Sequence record: PQ850593.1
Strand: one strand, 5' to 3'
DNA from: Escherichia phage AidaStucki_Bas93
Length of the DNA: 64,000 bases
Below are positions 30,804 through 40,020 of the stretch, piece after piece. Position numbers and translations under genes: made by a program. The notes under the pieces were generated by a model. It did no database searches. It saw only the letters and a program-made list of their open reading frames with translations, and was not told the origin of the DNA. The first letter of the stretch is position 1; each line of letters begins with the position of its first letter.

Positions 30804-31509
30804 CTCATATATTCGACAAGAGCCGCAACACTCTCGCCCGTTCTCTTATGAACTGCTACATGTCGCCATGTAGGATAGACTATATCATCACCCTCTATCG
30901 AGGGGTTGGGCGCTTCCACCGGCATTAGCTTCCGGCGTACTCCTTTCGGATAGTCGTTGCACCTTCAAGTATTCTATAGCTGTTTCTAATCGGCTAACAT
31001 CATCTTTCAATAGCCCTAAAGCTCTGTTGCAGTTGTGACACAACAGACCGCGTATTACTCCGGATTCATGGCAATGATCAACCACAAGTTTAATTCTGTG
31101 ATGTGTTGCCATTACAAACCCTTCGCCCTTACAGATAGCACACTTCCCATCCTGATCAGCGTACATCTTTTCGTAATCGCTGGCTGTGATTCCATAAATT
31201 CGTTTGAAGTAGGAATTTCTCCAGCCCCTATCTTTGCATTCATCAGAGCAATAATGTTCAGATGGTGCATTTGGTTGAAAATCTTTTGAGCAATTACGAC
31301 AAGGTTTTGGATTGAACCGACCTTGAGGGTATTTACTTGCCTCAGCAGTCTGTTCTTCTTTAGTTTTAGTTACAGTTGTATATTCCATAAGCACCTCCAT
31401 GTTGAGTTGCTATAGAATACTTGCTTGGCTCAGGATTGTCTACTAGAGAGTTTCCCTGAGTTCACCCAATTTAATCGACGAGATTACTCTCGAAGTATCC
31501 ATTTACGTC
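30804..31509 (-). mobile_element. putative group I intron in the DNA polymerase gene, carrying an HNH homing endonuclease ORF
   Basis: About 700 nt interrupt the polymerase frame inside motif B (KTFI | YAFNYGAG); upstream exon ends in U, insertion begins with in-frame UGA, candidate guide GGAUA can pair with exon UAUCU, last base is G. Confidence 0.5.
30888..31400 (-). CDS. intron-encoded HNH homing endonuclease
   Basis: HNH core DGKCAICKGEGFVMATHHRIKLVVDHCHESGVIRGLLCHNCNRALG. Confidence 0.7.
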   Translation of the reverse strand: MEVLMEYTTVTKTKEEQTAEASKYPQGRFNPKPCRNCSKDFQPNAPSEHYCSDECKDRGWRNSYFKRIYGITASDYEKMYADQDGKCAICKGEGFVMATHHRIKLVVDHCHESGVIRGLLCHNCNRALGLLKDDVSRLETAIEYLKVQRLSERSTPEANAGGSAQPLDRG

Positions 31510-32860
31510 AGATAAACGTTTTAGCGTTGTCACGAGTAGGAAGACCAGCAAGTTTCTGGTTGTGGGAGTGGATATCACCTTCAAGAAGGATATCACGATA
31601 CATAATAGCAGAAGCTAAACCACGTTCTGCCAGAGCTTTCTTAGCTGGATTATTCTCTTCGATTGCTTCAGCAAGCATATCCCTACACTCTTTAATGAGG
31701 TAGTGAGCGAGCATACGAAGTTCAAGTCCAGAACCATCATACCCTAAGAATACTTCTTTACCAGCGGGTATGTAATATTTGTAAGCACCTACAGGCTTAT
31801 CTTTCTTCCCCGGCTTACCTTTCTCGTAAATTACGTTAGTACCTTTTCGTATATAACAACCATCAGGAACAACGTTAGTAATAACGAAAGGACGAGAGTG
31901 ATCACTGTCTGAATTATAGTCAGACTCAAACAAACTGCGACACTCATGACCAAACAAACCACGAGAGGGAATATTAACCACGATACGATGTTTGAATCGA
32001 AAAGTTGGCGTAGCGCAGCTGTTAGCTTCTGCCGAAAGTTTACCATCTTCGCGTTCCTTTGCTATGAGTCCACTGATAAGACCTAGCCTGTGAGCCGCTA
32101 CAACGCGCCTCTTAAGCAAACTTCCAACACTCCCTAGCTCGCCCCCTAACCCTTCTTCAAGAGTCTCCTCGAGGTTTGTAGGAGCTGTAGGCCACTTGTT
32201 TGAGGTAGCTAGTGCTATCTTAATCTCATCAAACGTGATAGGTCTACGTCGGTTAGGGTTTAAACCTAAACCAAACACATAAGCCTTCATATAGTTCTTA
32301 GTCTTAAACCTAAAATGCTTCTCTAAGAACCTCCTAATATCTGCGTCAACCATCTCGGCTGTCTGCTTCTGTTTAGCATTACCTCGCATCCAAGCTGAAT
32401 ACCACGCTTGGTATGTTCCATACTTTCGTATATCTTTCTTGATTTCAAAAGTATTCCAAGGTTTCTTTGATACGTTAAACTCTGGAGGAAGAAAACCCTC
32501 ATCCATAAGGGCTTCTTTAACTCGTGCATCTTTCGATGGGTCAAAGTCCACGTATTCAACACAGGTGAATGCTCCACCAATGTCTTCTCTCTTAAGGCCA
32601 ACTCTATCACAATAGGCTTGAGGCCACTTCTGTAAAGCTCCAGACTTCTTAAATGGCTTCATATAAGTAGAGCCATCTAATCTCATCTTAGGTAAGAGAG
32701 GGATCAGTTCTTTGTCGATATTAACAATAATCTCTTTAAGGAGGTGAACATACCACCGAGCATTTCTTCGGTTGAAACTCACTCCGTGCTTCGCTTGCTT
32801 AGAGATTATATCAGCGACAGTCATCTCTGTCAAAAATGGGAGAGCGTCCGGGTTGCTCAC
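31510..32860 (-). CDS. DNA polymerase (family A, T7-like), 5' exon with motif A
   Basis: Motif A LGYDGSGLELRMLAHY and pre-motif-B LEGDIHSHNQKLAGLPTRDNAKTFI; ends at TGA immediately after KTFI. Confidence 0.75.
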
Positions 32861-32876
32861 TTTATACTCCTTTAAA

Positions 32877-33299
32877 TTATTGGTAAAGTAAATCTGTAAA
32901 TGCTTGGTTGTCTTCTACTACATCTAACAAGGTTGCTTCGTTACTATAAGACCTAACCGTCCCGTTGACAACTGTCCGAGTAGGAGAGGGAGGTGGTGTA
33001 TGGTTAGCCCTAGCTTCGCGAGGTTGCTCTCGTACTAAATGAGCCATAGCCATTTGGTTAGCGACTTCTTCTCTTTCTCGAATAGCTCTCTGAATATAAG
33101 CTAGCTTCATGCCCCAAGCTTCTTCAAATTCTTGAGGATGTTTGTCACTGATAACCACATATTGACGTTCAGGGATACCAGAGCGAATCTCTGATAAGAG
33201 TTCACAGAACAAATCCAGTTCGTGTTCAGTGAGATTCATTTCGATATCATCCCACTTGAGAACTAGGAAACGGTTTTGATATCTAGTCGGTAATGACAT
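32877..33299 (-). CDS. hypothetical protein
   Basis: 140-aa ORF with Pro-rich C-terminal segment. Confidence 0.4.
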   Translation of the reverse strand: MSLPTRYQNRFLVLKWDDIEMNLTEHELDLFCELLSEIRSGIPERQYVVISDKHPQEFEEAWGMKLAYIQRAIREREEVANQMAMAHLVREQPREARANHTPPPSPTRTVVNGTVRSYSNEATLLDVVEDNQAFTDLLYQ

Positions 33300-33302
33300 A
33301 GC

Positions 33303-33557
33303 TTAACCTTTAGGGAATGGGATGAGGTTTTCTACTGCAACACGGAATTCTTTCTCTACATCTTTATTCTTATAAGAAATGAATTTCCCATCAGTACCAC
33401 GGAGGATTACGTTAGTGCGAGCTGTTTTTGGGTTATGACTGATTTGGTTTGCAATGAGACTAATGTTGAGTTTAGTGTTGTGGTTATTGGTGAATTTCCA
33501 CTTAGCCAGACGATTAGTCATTACATCAATGATAGTTACAGTTTTTACAATAGACAT
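33303..33557 (-). CDS. hypothetical protein
   Basis: 84-aa ORF abutting the upstream gene. Confidence 0.35.
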   Translation of the reverse strand: MSIVKTVTIIDVMTNRLAKWKFTNNHNTKLNISLIANQISHNPKTARTNVILRGTDGKFISYKNKDVEKEFRVAVENLIPFPKG

Positions 33558-33591
33558 AGTTATTACCTAAGAAGTTTAGTTTGGTTTATAT

Positions 33592-33620
33592 AAAAGAAAA
33601 GGCCACCCATTTGGGTAGCC
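33592..33620 (-). terminator. rho-independent terminator
   Basis: On the minus strand: GGCTACCC-AAAT-GGGTGGCC followed by TTTTCTTTT. Confidence 0.55.
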
Positions 33621-33625
33621 TCATA

Positions 33626-33943
33626 TTACGATGAGCTTAAAGCTCCTTTGCGTGCTCCAGCTGCCTTCCCAGTTCGATCTCCACTTTTGCCGCCAGCTGA
33701 ACGATTTCCGCTGACTGTTTCAACACGTAAGTTGCTTGACGCATTAGAGCCTCCTGACTTGATAGCTCGTTTGTGTCCAACGTCTTTACCTCTGACAGCA
33801 GCTTTTCCATCGCGCTTTTCAACGATGCGACGTGCACGGTGGCGCTGAGCATCTCCGCTCTTGCTACCAATTCCCGTTTCACCCCTTGCGATGGCGGTAC
33901 GTCTTTCTTGTGCATAATCTCTCTTTCCTACATGGTCTGCCAT
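33626..33943 (-). CDS. highly basic Arg/Lys/Gly-rich protein
   Basis: 105 aa; strong SD (AAGGAGttctaaATG); preferred over the overlapping alternative-frame ORF 33637-33915. Confidence 0.4.
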   Translation of the reverse strand: MADHVGKRDYAQERRTAIARGETGIGSKSGDAQRHRARRIVEKRDGKAAVRGKDVGHKRAIKSGGSNASSNLRVETVSGNRSAGGKSGDRTGKAAGARKGALSSS

Positions 33944-34360
33944 TTAGAACTCCTTAATATATCAGTGTACACTAAGGAGTATACATTATGAATGATGTTA
34001 AAACTCTGCTAAGTATTTAATATCAGAGGCATATACCTCATCAAAGGAAATAACTTCTCCATTGTAAAGAAGTTCTATCTTCAATATACCAGAGCATTTG
34101 GTGTCTTTAGAATCAACCCTGATAGAGAGCTTATCAACTATCTGAGCTTTAATCTCTTCTATCATTAACTCTTGAGTGTTATTCACTCCACCCTCCCGGT
34201 GGTACAAAATCATCAGGAACGTCAATGATAGTAGGTTCTCCATTATTCATGCAGGTGTCTTCATTGAACTCTTCACACTCAAAGCATGCTCGTTCGATAT
34301 TTTTGTAGAAGTCGATGGTTGCTGAACCATCACCACAATCTCGGATAACTAGAGCTACTT

Positions 34361-35104
34361 TCATTTCTCTTGTCCTTTTTCCATTGCTTTAACAATAGCT
34401 TTACAGAAACCAGAACGAACAATGTCATCTGATTCACCATCTACAATCTCAGCGAACTCATACAGATCATGTTCATCAATAAAGTTAGTAGCCCAAGTAA
34501 GACCACTCTCACGACCACGCATGTCATGCTGGTTAGTATCACCCATGCAGAACAGTTGAGAGGTTTCTCCCAATCGAGTCATGATTGAGAAGGCTTCATC
34601 TTTAGTGGTGTTCTGGAATTCATCAACAATAACAACAGCATCATTGAAAGAACGACCACGGAGATATTCCAGAGGTACGAACTCAATATTACTGTTACCA
34701 AGCTGGCATTCATAGAACCCCTTACCATATCGCTGAGTAATAACATCGATGATAGGCATCAGGTATGGTTCAAACTTCTCACGCATCCCTCCCGGAAGTA
34801 ACCCAAGAGAGTTGCCCATACCAACTGAAGGACGGCTAAGAATGATCTTCTGAATCTTACCACTCTTCAGAGCATCGATAACTGTAGAAGTGATTACATA
34901 GGTCTTACCACAGCCCGCAGGAGCGTCTGTGAACACCACTTGTTTAGTCTTGATAGCATTGAGTAGCTCAGATTGAAACTGATTCTGAGGAACCACTGGC
35001 TTCGCTAAAACAACCTCTTCATACTCACGCTTACCTTTCTTAGTGACCAAGGCTTCACGACGTAAATCTTTACGAGATTCTCTACGGGACTGTCTACGGC
35101 TCAT
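34361..35104 (-). CDS. phoH: PhoH-like ATPase
   Basis: Walker A APAGCGKTYV plus PhoH signature LSRPSVGMGNSLGLLPGGMREKFEPYLMPI and VIVDEFQNTT. Confidence 0.85.
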   Translation of the reverse strand: MSRRQSRRESRKDLRREALVTKKGKREYEEVVLAKPVVPQNQFQSELLNAIKTKQVVFTDAPAGCGKTYVITSTVIDALKSGKIQKIILSRPSVGMGNSLGLLPGGMREKFEPYLMPIIDVITQRYGKGFYECQLGNSNIEFVPLEYLRGRSFNDAVVIVDEFQNTTKDEAFSIMTRLGETSQLFCMGDTNQHDMRGRESGLTWATNFIDEHDLYEFAEIVDGESDDIVRSGFCKAIVKAMEKGQEK

Positions 35105-35286
35105 TTGCGCTCTCCTAGCTCTTCGTAATTAAATACAGAGGTTCGACAATCTTTACATGTTGTTGTATAGACTCGAACATTAATGTACTTCTTGTTCTTC
35201 CCTTTGGTTGGAGAGCCTTTAGCAAGCTCTCTGATAACCTTGTTACTTGAGTGAAGGTTTGTGCCTTCGCATTTAGAGCACTTCAC
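35101..35286 (-). CDS. small zinc-ribbon protein
   Basis: 61 aa with CSKCEG ... CKDC pairs. Confidence 0.4.
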   Translation of the reverse strand: MKCSKCEGTNLHSSNKVIRELAKGSPTKGKNKKYINVRVYTTTCKDCRTSVFNYEELGERK

Positions 35287-35507
35287 TCAGGCTCACCAAC
35301 AGTAACTTCCCATACAACTTGAGAGATGATATTGTTGATCTGTTTGATTTGCTCGTAAGTCAGTTGCATACCTTTCATCTTCCGAGAGGCATTGCTTCGT
35401 GCTCTTCGCTGACGGTAGAAGTTATTCTTTTTAGTAGAGTGTAATCTACTCATTTCACAAGCTCCACTTCTTCAATACTGTACCCTTCAAAATACTCACC
35501 ATCTTGA

Positions 35508-35864
35508 TCATACTGGTTGATTGCTCTTGTTAGTACCCACACTTTCATTATTCTTCTCTTTATGAAGTCTATAAACAGCTGTCGCCATGCAAGCAACAGC
35601 TTCATTGTGTGGGAGATGCATCCCTGTAGAACCATCCCAATCTTTGAACTCATTGTCAAAGACTCCGGTAGGCTCTGGATACAGAGCTTGCAGCTCAACC
35701 AAATCATTAGCAACTTGTTGCCATTTATCATCAGACCAGATAGGGTCATCCAACCAGTAATACAAATAGGAATGGATGATTAATTGCCTTCTGTGCCGAT
35801 TAATTACTTCAGCGGGACTTATCTCACTTCCATTTGAAGTCCTAAATGTATTACTGTCAATCAT
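35508..35864 (-). CDS. small protein resembling NAD-dependent DNA ligase domain Ia
   Basis: HSYLYYWLDDPIWSDDKWQQVANDLVELQALYPEP parallels the LigA N-terminal Ia motif; only 118 aa, no adenylation domain. Confidence 0.45.
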   Translation of the reverse strand: MIDSNTFRTSNGSEISPAEVINRHRRQLIIHSYLYYWLDDPIWSDDKWQQVANDLVELQALYPEPTGVFDNEFKDWDGSTGMHLPHNEAVACMATAVYRLHKEKNNESVGTNKSNQPV

Positions 35865-35866
35865 GA

Positions 35867-36523
35867 TTAATTATTCCAAGTAGTTGATAAGGCTTTCCAA
35901 GAGATAGGATAAAGTTTCTTCATTTCTTCATCAATAGTTTGTGCAAACAGTCGGACCTCATACTGAGCGTGCTCTGACAGACGTTGACGGCACACATCTG
36001 ACCAGCCATATAGAGAGCCAGTCCACACCCACTCAGTGATCATCCCCTGAGGAAGAACAAATCGAGCTTGCTCTGGTGCAACAAATTCAATCAACTTATC
36101 ATATGCTGCTAGAGAGGATTCATATGCATCGTTAATCAGCATTAATGCTTCAGCTCGTTCTCCATCGATGAGTTGAATCCCTGAACCTGCATGGAGGTCC
36201 GAAGGTCTCGCAAAAATCTCTTTAGGGATGAAGACTTCAACTGCTCCATCTTTATACCGACGGGACATTTCGTTCCACGAGAATCCAACCTGATGCTTGC
36301 CCAGCTGTCTCGCAATTGCGATAGGTGCTTTGCATCGGAAACTGACTTGTGGGTGTCGGAATGGAGTAACATGCTTTTCTCTTGCGAGGAAGTTGATGAG
36401 ACGTTCATCACGTTCATTTAAATCACCTTCACGGGTTACGCCAAAGGAAACTCGAGCTGCGTTTACTACGCTACGATCACTTCCCATAGCTTCGATTAAT
36501 GTTGCTTGTAGTTGTTCATTCAT
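35867..36523 (-). CDS. thyX: ThyX-like (flavin-dependent) thymidylate synthase
   Basis: VVNAARVSFG and ...QLGKHQVGFSWNEMSRRY resemble the ThyX signature, but with K-H-Q where ThyX has RHR. Confidence 0.55.
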   Translation of the reverse strand: MNEQLQATLIEAMGSDRSVVNAARVSFGVTREGDLNERDERLINFLAREKHVTPFRHPQVSFRCKAPIAIARQLGKHQVGFSWNEMSRRYKDGAVEVFIPKEIFARPSDLHAGSGIQLIDGERAEALMLINDAYESSLAAYDKLIEFVAPEQARFVLPQGMITEWVWTGSLYGWSDVCRQRLSEHAQYEVRLFAQTIDEEMKKLYPISWKALSTTWNN

Positions 36524-36538
36524 CCGTGAATATCCTTA

Positions 36539-36814
36539 TTATTTATTGCTCAGTGCTGTGTCCAAAAATGCTTTCAGGTTTGCTTCAGTCTGCATACCAG
36601 AGAGGCTGTAATGTGCGCCACTATTCCGGTCAGGCACAACGAAAGCAGGAATGCTTCGTACACCATACTTAACAGCTTGTTCACGACCGTCACCCTCAAG
36701 GATATTAATCTCTTCCACTTCTACATCGAACTCCTTAACAACCTTCTCAAAGATAGGAGCCATTGCTTTACATGGAGCACACTGATCACTATAAAACTTA
36801 ATTACTTTAGACAT
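36539..36814 (-). CDS. thioredoxin-like protein
   Basis: CxxC active site in context FYSDQCAPCKAMAPIF and downstream IPAFVV (cis-Pro region). Confidence 0.7.
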   Translation of the reverse strand: MSKVIKFYSDQCAPCKAMAPIFEKVVKEFDVEVEEINILEGDGREQAVKYGVRSIPAFVVPDRNSGAHYSLSGMQTEANLKAFLDTALSNK

Positions 36815-36822
36815 GTAAATCC

Positions 36823-37002
36823 TTATGCAGTCAGGAGGTGAAGCAGGAATGGGATAACAACAGCTACGACAACCATGATAGTTGATGCTGTTTGAATCTC
36901 ACCTTTCTTGTCAGGGGTTTCTTCGATAAGCTTACCAGAAGCCCAATAGATACCACCACCAATAAAGATAGCCCAAATACCCCATACGATAGCTGATAAC
37001 AT
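36823..37002 (-). CDS. small membrane protein (59 aa, two hydrophobic segments)
   Basis: Below the track cut-off; ATG at 37002 with SD AAGGA; hydrophobic segments AIVWGIWAIFIGGGIYW and IMVVVAVVIPFLLHLL. Confidence 0.3.
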   Translation of the reverse strand: MLSAIVWGIWAIFIGGGIYWASGKLIEETPDKKGEIQTASTIMVVVAVVIPFLLHLLTA

Positions 37003-37023
37003 ATATCTATATCCTTATAAAGA

Positions 37024-37062
37024 GAAAACCCCGTCTATTCCTAGACAGGGCTTGAGTTTTTT
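37024..37062. terminator. hairpin terminator (possibly bidirectional)
   Basis: Stem CCCCGTCTA / TAGACAGGG with one mismatch; A-run on the 5' side, TTTTTT six nt after the 3' side. Confidence 0.4.
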
Positions 37063-37624
37063 AGTAAGACACATCACCACTTGAGTGGGACATGTTGCTC
37101 TTGACAAAGTAGCAATACTTGCCAAGACCTTCATTAATTTCTTGAAGCATACTTTGATCGACTGGATAAGTGGCTAAATCGCCATCAAACTCATCCATCT
37201 TCTCAATAATACACAACAAGGTCATGCACATATCAGAGAGCATACCGTCCATGTCTAGATCAGCGTTACCCTCTGAGAACCAAGCATGAGAGAGGTAGTT
37301 AGCTGCTGTAGCATCCACTTTAACACAGTGGTAACGCATACGTTCAGCAATACGATCTCCTACTTGTCGTGCGTAATCTTCCAGCTCGTCAAACATACCA
37401 TGAACACCCTGAAATCCTGCACCAGAGACGTTCCAGTGGTAGTTTTTAGCTTTGATGTGCAAGAGTTCCATATTAGCTTGTAAGCAGCTCAGGATGTGTT
37501 CTAGGCTGTTTCCGCTAATCATGCCTTGCATTGTTTCAAGGCGAGAGATTGAAAGCTCAGACCGGTCTAACATGCTGTAGCTGTCACGACCAATCTCAGG
37601 TAAATCAAAGACATTCTTATGCAT
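37061..37624 (-). CDS. Dps-like ferritin-fold protein
   Basis: KNYHWNVSGAGFQGVHGMFDELEDYARQVGDRIAER matches the Dps pattern; start placed at ATG 37624 after SD GGAG. Confidence 0.55.
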   Translation of the reverse strand: MHKNVFDLPEIGRDSYSMLDRSELSISRLETMQGMISGNSLEHILSCLQANMELLHIKAKNYHWNVSGAGFQGVHGMFDELEDYARQVGDRIAERMRYHCVKVDATAANYLSHAWFSEGNADLDMDGMLSDMCMTLLCIIEKMDEFDGDLATYPVDQSMLQEINEGLGKYCYFVKSNMSHSSGDVSY

Positions 37625-37946
37625 TTGGGTTTTCTCCATCAAGTTCAACTGAGTTAGCAACGTTACGTGCAATATTGTCCATTACCTGCTGGGTAATTAC
37701 GATGCAGTTCTGTGGGTCTACTGACTTAGAACGCCCCATTTCTGGGTCATACACCTTAACACGCTTAGCAGTTGAACCTGTAACCTGAAGAACCTTCAAC
37801 AGATATCCCTGATTACCGATAGACCAAGCAACAACATCACGATTCTTGATAAAGCGACCAAGCATATCACGATGATAAAACTGTTGCATCACCTTGGATT
37901 TTGTAATCTCTTCAGTGGGCGGGGCCACTTTACTCAAATCTAACAT
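37617..37946 (-). CDS. hypothetical protein
   Basis: 109-aa ORF overlapping the next gene start by 8 nt. Confidence 0.35.
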   Translation of the reverse strand: MLDLSKVAPPTEEITKSKVMQQFYHRDMLGRFIKNRDVVAWSIGNQGYLLKVLQVTGSTAKRVKVYDPEMGRSKSVDPQNCIVITQQVMDNIARNVANSVELDGENPNA

Positions 37947-38228
37947 AACTCTCTCCTGTAAAATACAAACTCTTATTGTACTCTATATACATTTGAGAGT
38001 TACCATATCTACTACCAATCAGTAGTGAACTTTTCCGCTAATATAAACACGACCAGAGGAATACTCTTTGGCCTTATGGATACTGATACTCTTAGTTAAA
38101 TCTGTATTGAACATAGACTTTTTAAAATCTCGAGCCTGTTGACGAGTAGGAAGTGCAGTCATGGTCATACCACCTGATGCCCACTTAATCTTTGCTAACC
38201 AAAACTGTCTCATAATGATTGGCCTCAT

Positions 38229-38762
38229 TTACACACCTTTAGATGCAACTACACCTTCAGAGTTATTATAACGACCCTTCACTGCATAGGAATGCTCCCC
38301 TGCATGAGAGTGCTCAAACATGACCATCTGACCAACACGCATACCAGCACGAACTCGTAAGCTGTGGTGCTTTGTTACGTTATGAAATTCAAATGTCAGC
38401 TTACTGCTATTAAATCCAGCGTCTGCCCACCCAGCGTGGAGGTGGTTCAAACCACAACGAGCCATAGATGAACGCAGGACAAACAGGCTTGAAATGTTAT
38501 CTGGAAGGTTAAACTCCTCCATAGAGTGAGCCAAGAAGAACTGACCCGGAGTGATAACCAAACCCTCTTCAGGAATTTTTACTTCCTTCCACTGAAGATT
38601 CTCTTTCGCATCAATATCAACGATGCCATCAGCCTGTTCTTCAACAAGGATAGTATCACCAATACGGATATCCACACTAGCAGCGTTAACATACTTATGC
38701 TCCGCATCCAGATAGCCATTGTCAATTACATCATGCAGTTCAATACTTCCTAGTAAACTCAT
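38229..38762 (-). CDS. dcd: dCTP deaminase
   Basis: RSSMARCGL, GWADAGF...EFHN and C-terminal KGRYNNSEGVVASK parallel the Dcd signatures. Confidence 0.8.
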   Translation of the reverse strand: MSLLGSIELHDVIDNGYLDAEHKYVNAASVDIRIGDTILVEEQADGIVDIDAKENLQWKEVKIPEEGLVITPGQFFLAHSMEEFNLPDNISSLFVLRSSMARCGLNHLHAGWADAGFNSSKLTFEFHNVTKHHSLRVRAGMRVGQMVMFEHSHAGEHSYAVKGRYNNSEGVVASKGV

Positions 38763-38771
38763 TCTTATTCC

Positions 38772-40019
38772 TTAGTTGTTTGTTTCTATGTCAAAAGAGA
38801 ATCCACGACCCGCTTCATCGGCAAACCGAGCTGTATGGGTTTGAGGCTCTAATACTTCAGGGTTGTTAGCAATAAAGCGAGCGGCGAGATTATCTTCCAC
38901 ATCTTGACTAGAGGGCTGACGTGCGCTAACAGTTAAACCATTTGGTCGACCATTAGAACGTCTAGACAACCACTGCTCAAATGAATCACTAGTAACACCA
39001 AGAGCCTCTTCAAAAGATGTTCTACGAGTAGGGCTTACTCTTCGTGACTCTTGTGCTCGACGCATTGCAGGGGCTACAAACACCCCTTCAATTGCATTAT
39101 GTCGATTAGGTTCATCTTCCCGACCAAGGAGATCACCTCCTGCATTAGTTGTTAAGTTTGTCAACCCTTCAGACCAATACGCACGAATCTGGCTAGAGCC
39201 ATAAATGCTTGACATTAACTGAATCTCTTCATAAGGTATATCAAAGAATCGACTCATATCTCGGTTAACACAATACTGAGCACTTGTTGTATCCTCAATA
39301 AGAGCAACCTGACCCCGTTCGTTGACCAGATGACTAACCGGCTGAGGTGTGGGAAGGTGTCGAGTTTGGGCCATGTATTGATATGCAGCTGCTGGAGAGG
39401 AAAATCTCAACACTTGCGAGTTAGGCCACTTCTTGTGAACATACCTGATTTCACGACTAGAAACAACCACTGGACAAGGGGCGGTCATAGCCAAGTATCC
39501 ATGAGGGGTCATGAATAAGTTATCAAGAGTCATCGCACCACGGCACATCATAGGAAAATTATCCAATACCTCTTCAATAGAAGTAGGATAATTAAACATG
39601 AATTGGATACGAACACCATTCCACTGAAACTCAATAATATCAGTGAATGTTAATTGAGAACCCCCAGCATATGATTCGTTCGTAGCTTCAACAAGAAGAG
39701 ATGAATACTCAATATCTTGTGATTCAAGCCATTCCTTCACATTACTTTCAATCTCCCGTCCAAGCATTTGCCACTGCTCGGCTGGGATAAAGGTATTTCG
39801 AGTTCTTGGTGTTTGTCCTCTGACAATAAAGATATCAATGTCATGTGGAGCTATGTTATTAAGAACAGCATCACGAATAGCTCCACCAGTAATGATAGGG
39901 CAAATACCATCTGGAATCAAGTTGTTGTTAATCAACTGTTCAATGAAGTGACGACCAACAGTGATATCAGGTTGTTGAGCAACCTTATCTTCAATTCGGT
40001 TAATCGGGATAACAATCAT
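38772..40019 (-). CDS. nucleotidyltransferase-superfamily protein (CCA-adding / poly(A) polymerase-like head motif)
   Basis: ITGGAIRDAVLNNIAPHDIDIFIV fits the GG.(V/I)RD...D.D signature; ATG at 40019 sits 2 nt after the exonuclease stop. Confidence 0.45.
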   Translation of the reverse strand: MIVIPINRIEDKVAQQPDITVGRHFIEQLINNNLIPDGICPIITGGAIRDAVLNNIAPHDIDIFIVRGQTPRTRNTFIPAEQWQMLGREIESNVKEWLESQDIEYSSLLVEATNESYAGGSQLTFTDIIEFQWNGVRIQFMFNYPTSIEEVLDNFPMMCRGAMTLDNLFMTPHGYLAMTAPCPVVVSSREIRYVHKKWPNSQVLRFSSPAAAYQYMAQTRHLPTPQPVSHLVNERGQVALIEDTTSAQYCVNRDMSRFFDIPYEEIQLMSSIYGSSQIRAYWSEGLTNLTTNAGGDLLGREDEPNRHNAIEGVFVAPAMRRAQESRRVSPTRRTSFEEALGVTSDSFEQWLSRRSNGRPNGLTVSARQPSSQDVEDNLAARFIANNPEVLEPQTHTARFADEAGRGFSFDIETNN

Positions 40020-40020
40020 T

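Noticed and set aside
30804-31509. Intein in the DNA polymerase
   Set aside because: The insertion begins with an in-frame stop and the HNH ORF is in a different frame with its own start, so an in-frame protein insertion is excluded; an RNA intron fits better.
33637-33915. 92-aa ORF overlapping the basic-protein gene 33626-33943 in another frame
   Set aside because: Only one of the two can be the main product; the 105-aa frame has a strong SD directly before its ATG. The alternative cannot be fully excluded from sequence alone.
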